A stretch of 64,000 nt of DNA, taken from an uncultured Acidobacteriaceae bacterium. GTDB taxonomy: Bacteria > Acidobacteriota > Terriglobia > Terriglobales > Acidobacteriaceae. Position 1 is the first letter of the stretch. Each line of letters starts with the position of its first letter. The translations under genes were made by a program, and so were the position numbers. The DNA is taken from the NCBI GenBank assembly GCA_963839125.1, contig CAWITV010000009.1, positions 106,272 through 170,271 of the forward strand, written 5' to 3'. Shown here one piece after another: positions 60,620-64,000 of the stretch. Below the pieces are notes generated by a model. That model was given only the letters and a program-made list of their open reading frames with translations, made no database searches and had not been told where the DNA came from.

Positions 60620-61970
60620 GTGCCTGCCTCCCCGGCGCGAATTGCCGCCTTCGATATCCTGCTTAGGGTCGAACGTGATCATGCTTACGCCGCCGAACTT
60701 TTTAATTCTGGGATCTACGACCACCTCTCGTCTCCCGACCATCGTCTAGCGATGGACCTTGTCAACGGCGTACAGCGATGGCGGGCTCTTCTGGACACGA
60801 AAATCGCTAGCGTCTCAACCGTGCAACTTGCAAAATTGGACCTCGAAGTTCTGACGGCATTAAGACTGGCAGCCTATCAACTTACATTTCTGGATCGCGT
60901 CCCTTCGCGCGCAGCCGTCAACGAAAGCGTGGAATTAGTGAAGCGCGCGCGCAAGCGTTCAGCCGTGCCATTTGTCAATGCCGTGCTGCGTAAACTTTCC
61001 GGCGCACAAAATGATCCATCAACCTCGACAATAGACGGGGCGACGACTCATTTAGCCGAGTCCTTCTCTCATCCCCGGTGGTTAGTGGATCGCTGGATTC
61101 GCGAGTTTGGAACGGATGTTGCCAGGACGATCTGCGAATACGATCAGCAGGTCCCGGGAGTTTCGGTTCGACTAAACGGTTCATCCTCGGAAAATCGCAC
61201 CTTGGAAAACCAATTAGCCGAAGATGGTATTAGGTTGGCTCCGGGCCGGCTATTGACATCTACCAGGCACGTTCTCGCTGGAGACATCACCAGCACCTCA
61301 GCATTTCGCAAAGGCTTAGTCAGCATTCAAGACGAAGGATCCCAGCTGGTGGCGTTTCTCGTGGGAAAGGCCTCGAGAATTCTGGATTGCTGCGCGGCTC
61401 CCGGAGGAAAGACTCGCATACTGGCACAACGGAATCCGAATGGAAATGTCTTGGCGGTCGAATTACACCCGCACCGCGCTCGCCTGCTCACGAAGCTTGT
61501 GCCGATGAGCAACGTCGAAGTTATTACCGCCGATGTCAGGAATCTACCCATAGACGCCTTTTTTGAACGTGTATTAGTAGACGTCCCATGTTCGGGCACG
61601 GGAACGCTGGCGCGAAATCCAGAGATTAAATGGCGGTTGACTCCCAGAAGACCTCTCGGATTTCCAGCAGCGGCAAGTTCAGATTCTACGATCGGCGATG
61701 AACCGCGTGGCTCCGGGAGGAAGGTTAGTCTATTCAACTTGCTCGTTGGAGCCAGAGGAGAACACCGCTGTGATTGACCAGGCCCTGGCGAGCGACAAGT
61801 CGTTTCAACTGATGCCGTGTGCCGAAGAACTCGATAGACTTTGCTCAGATGGCGAACTAGCGCTCTCGCCGGCGAATTTCGGATCAATCGTCAGAGACAA
61901 ATTCCTGCAAGTAATCCCCGGACGCTACCAGAGCGACGGCTTCTTTGCCGCAATCCTGCAAAAGAACTGA
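60620..61970 (+). pseudogene. rsmB: 16S rRNA (cytosine967-C5)-methyltransferase RsmB, one frame disruption at the C3 run 61643-61645
   Basis: NusB-like N-terminal domain, DCCAAPGGKT, DVPCSGTG. After ...KWRLTP the frame changes to EDLSDFQQRQVQIL...LVYSTCS. Confidence 0.9.
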
Positions 61971-61976
61971 AGGACC

Positions 61977-63341
61977 TCACTCGGTGTCCATGCTGCCATT
62001 CGCCATCGATTCGAAGCGAGTGGAATTTTTTATGAACGCCATCTTGACCCGTCCCGTGGGGCCGTTTCGCTGCTTAGCGATAATAATTTCCGCGACTCCT
62101 TCCAGTTCCGCGTCATCCGGCTTGTAAACCTCTTCGCGAAAAATGAAAGCCACCACGTCGGCATCCTGCTCAATCGATCCCGACTCTCGCAAATCGGCAA
62201 GCTGAGGACGATGATCGCCGCCCCGGCTCTCGGGTGCACGGCTTAATTGCGATAGAGCGACTACGGGAACCTGAAGTTCTTTAGCGAGCCCTTTCAGCCC
62301 GCGAGAAATAGCGGAGACTTCCTGCGTACGGTTCTCGTAACGTCTTCCGCCTCCCGACATGAGCTGCAAGTAGTCGACAATAATCAGGTCGAGTTTGCCT
62401 TGCGATTGCTGCAAGCGCCGCGACTTCGCCCGCATTTCGCTAAGGGAAATTCCCGGGGTGTCGTCGATAAAAATCGGAGCGTGAGCAAGTTGCTCCATTG
62501 CGTTCACCACTTTCGTCATATCGTCGCGCCATAACGATCCGGTGCGCATTTTGTGCGAGTCCACCTTGGCCTTCGAGCACAGCAAGCGCAGCAATAATGC
62601 TTCCCGCGACATTTCGAGCGAGAACATGCCCACGACTTTTTGATCTTCGATCGAAGCATTTTCTGCGATGTTCATGGCAAACGCGGTTTTTCCCATGGAA
62701 GGCCGCGCCGCTATGATGATCAGATCCGAACGCTGGAAACCGCTGGTCATCTCATCCAGATCGGTGTAGTGGGTTGCGAGTCCAGTGATGCGTTGGCCGC
62801 GTTGCAGCAGGGCGTCCACCGAGCCGAACGACTCTTTCACGATTTCCTGCACGCCCATAAATCCGCGGCCTATGCGCTTTTCGGAGAGCTGGAAGATGGC
62901 GGCTTCCGCATCGTTAAGAATTTCTTCGGCAGGATCGCTCTGGTCCCCCGCCCGCGAGATCGCGGAATTTGCCGCATGAATCAATCCCCGCAGCAAAGCT
63001 TTATCCCGGACAATCTTGATGTAATGCTCGATGCTGGGACGATCGGGCACGCCATCCATCAATCCGGAGATGTAGCCGACGTCGCCGATGACTTCCAGTT
63101 CCTTGCTGCGCCGGAGTTCCTCGATCAGGGTGATGAAATCCGCCGGACGGGATGATTCCATCAGTTCCATAATTCGGGTGTAGATGCGGCGATGAGAATC
63201 AAGCGAGAAGTCCTCGGGACGAAGATGCTCAGCGGCTTCGTTATAGGAGAAGTTGTCGAGAAGAATGGCGCCTAGGATCGAGCGTTCAGCCTCAATGTTG
63301 GCCGGAAGGGTGTGGGCGGAAGTGTAATCAGCTACGGCCAT
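61977..63341 (-). CDS. dnaB: Replicative DNA helicase DnaB
   Basis: LPANIEAERSILGAILLDN, Walker A ARPSMGKTAF, and IVDYLQLM. Confidence 0.98.
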   Translation of the reverse strand: MAVADYTSAHTLPANIEAERSILGAILLDNFSYNEAAEHLRPEDFSLDSHRRIYTRIMELMESSRPADFITLIEELRRSKELEVIGDVGYISGLMDGVPDRPSIEHYIKIVRDKALLRGLIHAANSAISRAGDQSDPAEEILNDAEAAIFQLSEKRIGRGFMGVQEIVKESFGSVDALLQRGQRITGLATHYTDLDEMTSGFQRSDLIIIAARPSMGKTAFAMNIAENASIEDQKVVGMFSLEMSREALLLRLLCSKAKVDSHKMRTGSLWRDDMTKVVNAMEQLAHAPIFIDDTPGISLSEMRAKSRRLQQSQGKLDLIIVDYLQLMSGGGRRYENRTQEVSAISRGLKGLAKELQVPVVALSQLSRAPESRGGDHRPQLADLRESGSIEQDADVVAFIFREEVYKPDDAELEGVAEIIIAKQRNGPTGRVKMAFIKNSTRFESMANGSMDTE

Positions 63342-63902
63342 AAACTTTTCCTGACTTTGATGTCTCCGTCTAGTTCATGCGGGAATTGTAGGCAAACAAA
63401 AAGCGAATATCAAATCTCGCAGTGAATCCGGCGGAAGCCTGAAAAGGAAAGCGGTCCAAGCCAGCCGCTCAGACCGCATTCATTGAGTGTCTTGGGCTGC
63501 ATCGCTACAGTCCGCTGCCGCCCGCAAATTTGAAGGACGCGCTTTTGGCGCGAATCTCCATGCAAGCGCGTGAAGCCAGTAATGGAATCACACTTTCACT
63601 TCACCTGGCGTTAACGTGTTGGCCGTGGAGGAGGACCTTTGGAGGCCGCAACGTAGAGGCCTCCAAGCCCGAAACGAGCCGGGAAACCATATTGGCAGCT
63701 CTGATCGAGAACTACCGCCCGCCAAAAAGATTAAGTGAGAGCAGCTTTTGAAGACAGCTCACACATACTGAGGAAACTTTGCGGCAGCCATGCATAATGC
63801 GCAAGCTGAATTTCGCCTTGGGCTGTGAGGAAACTGTTAACGACGAAAATTGTTTGTGGAATAGTAAGGAAAAACCGGAAAAATTAATCATCCGAACCAA
63901 AG

Positions 63903-64000
63903 CTATCGAGGAGGATCAAAACGATAGCCAATGCCTCGCACTGTTTTCAGGTAGGTCGGGTTCTCCGCGTCGGGCTCTATTTTCTCGCGAAGCCGGCGCA
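63903..64000 (-). CDS. 3' end of an OmpR-family response regulator gene (partial, continues beyond the window)
   Basis: My translation of the minus strand is [31 protein letters not shown]-stop. This is the canonical winged-helix C-terminus. Confidence 0.75.
   Translation of the reverse strand, partial: RRLREKIEPDAENPTYLKTVRGIGYRFDPPR

Noticed and set aside
63530-63900. ORFs 63530-63751 (+) and 63712-63900 (-) as genes.
   Set aside because: They have no RBS, their composition is atypical, they overlap each other, and no motif is present. I treat the region as non-coding or decayed.

Overview
This window is the replication-origin-proximal part of a bacterial chromosome. The protein repertoire looks Acidobacteriota-like (inference from family recognition, not verified).

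Core origin and housekeeping genes:
- parB-parA-rsmG on the minus strand, with two parS palindromes just upstream of parA.
- A CspA-type cold-shock gene and a Ser/Thr kinase fused to a TolB-like beta-propeller.
- recA, mscL, dnaN-dnaA (minus), then divergently rpmH (51 aa, absent from the ORF track)-rnpA-yidD-yidC-jag-mnmE.
- tRNA-Val(GAC), pgsA, cysS, gatC-gatA, a DciA/DUF721 gene, cca, aroC, def-fmt-rsmB and dnaB.

Accessory content:
- An OmpR/HK pair followed by a coiled-coil porin and an amicyanin-like cupredoxin.
- An orphan ku.
- A complete che cluster: mcp-cheW-cheR-cheA-cheB-cheY-cheX.
- A multi-GAF/PAS kinase, REC and NtrC-type activator module. It is followed by a well-formed sigma-54 promoter driving an uncharacterised 350-aa protein and a pseudo-receiver/DHp-only protein. 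This is my best candidate for an undescribed system.

Caveats:
- At least about 20 single-nucleotide frame disruptions split otherwise recognisable genes, many of them essential (cysS x5, gatA x2, cca x2, and others). Several sit in homopolymer runs. I read these as assembly indels, not real pseudogenes.
- I saw no CRISPR arrays, transposases, integrases or prophage genes.
- All calls come from reading the translations and DNA by eye. No searches were run.
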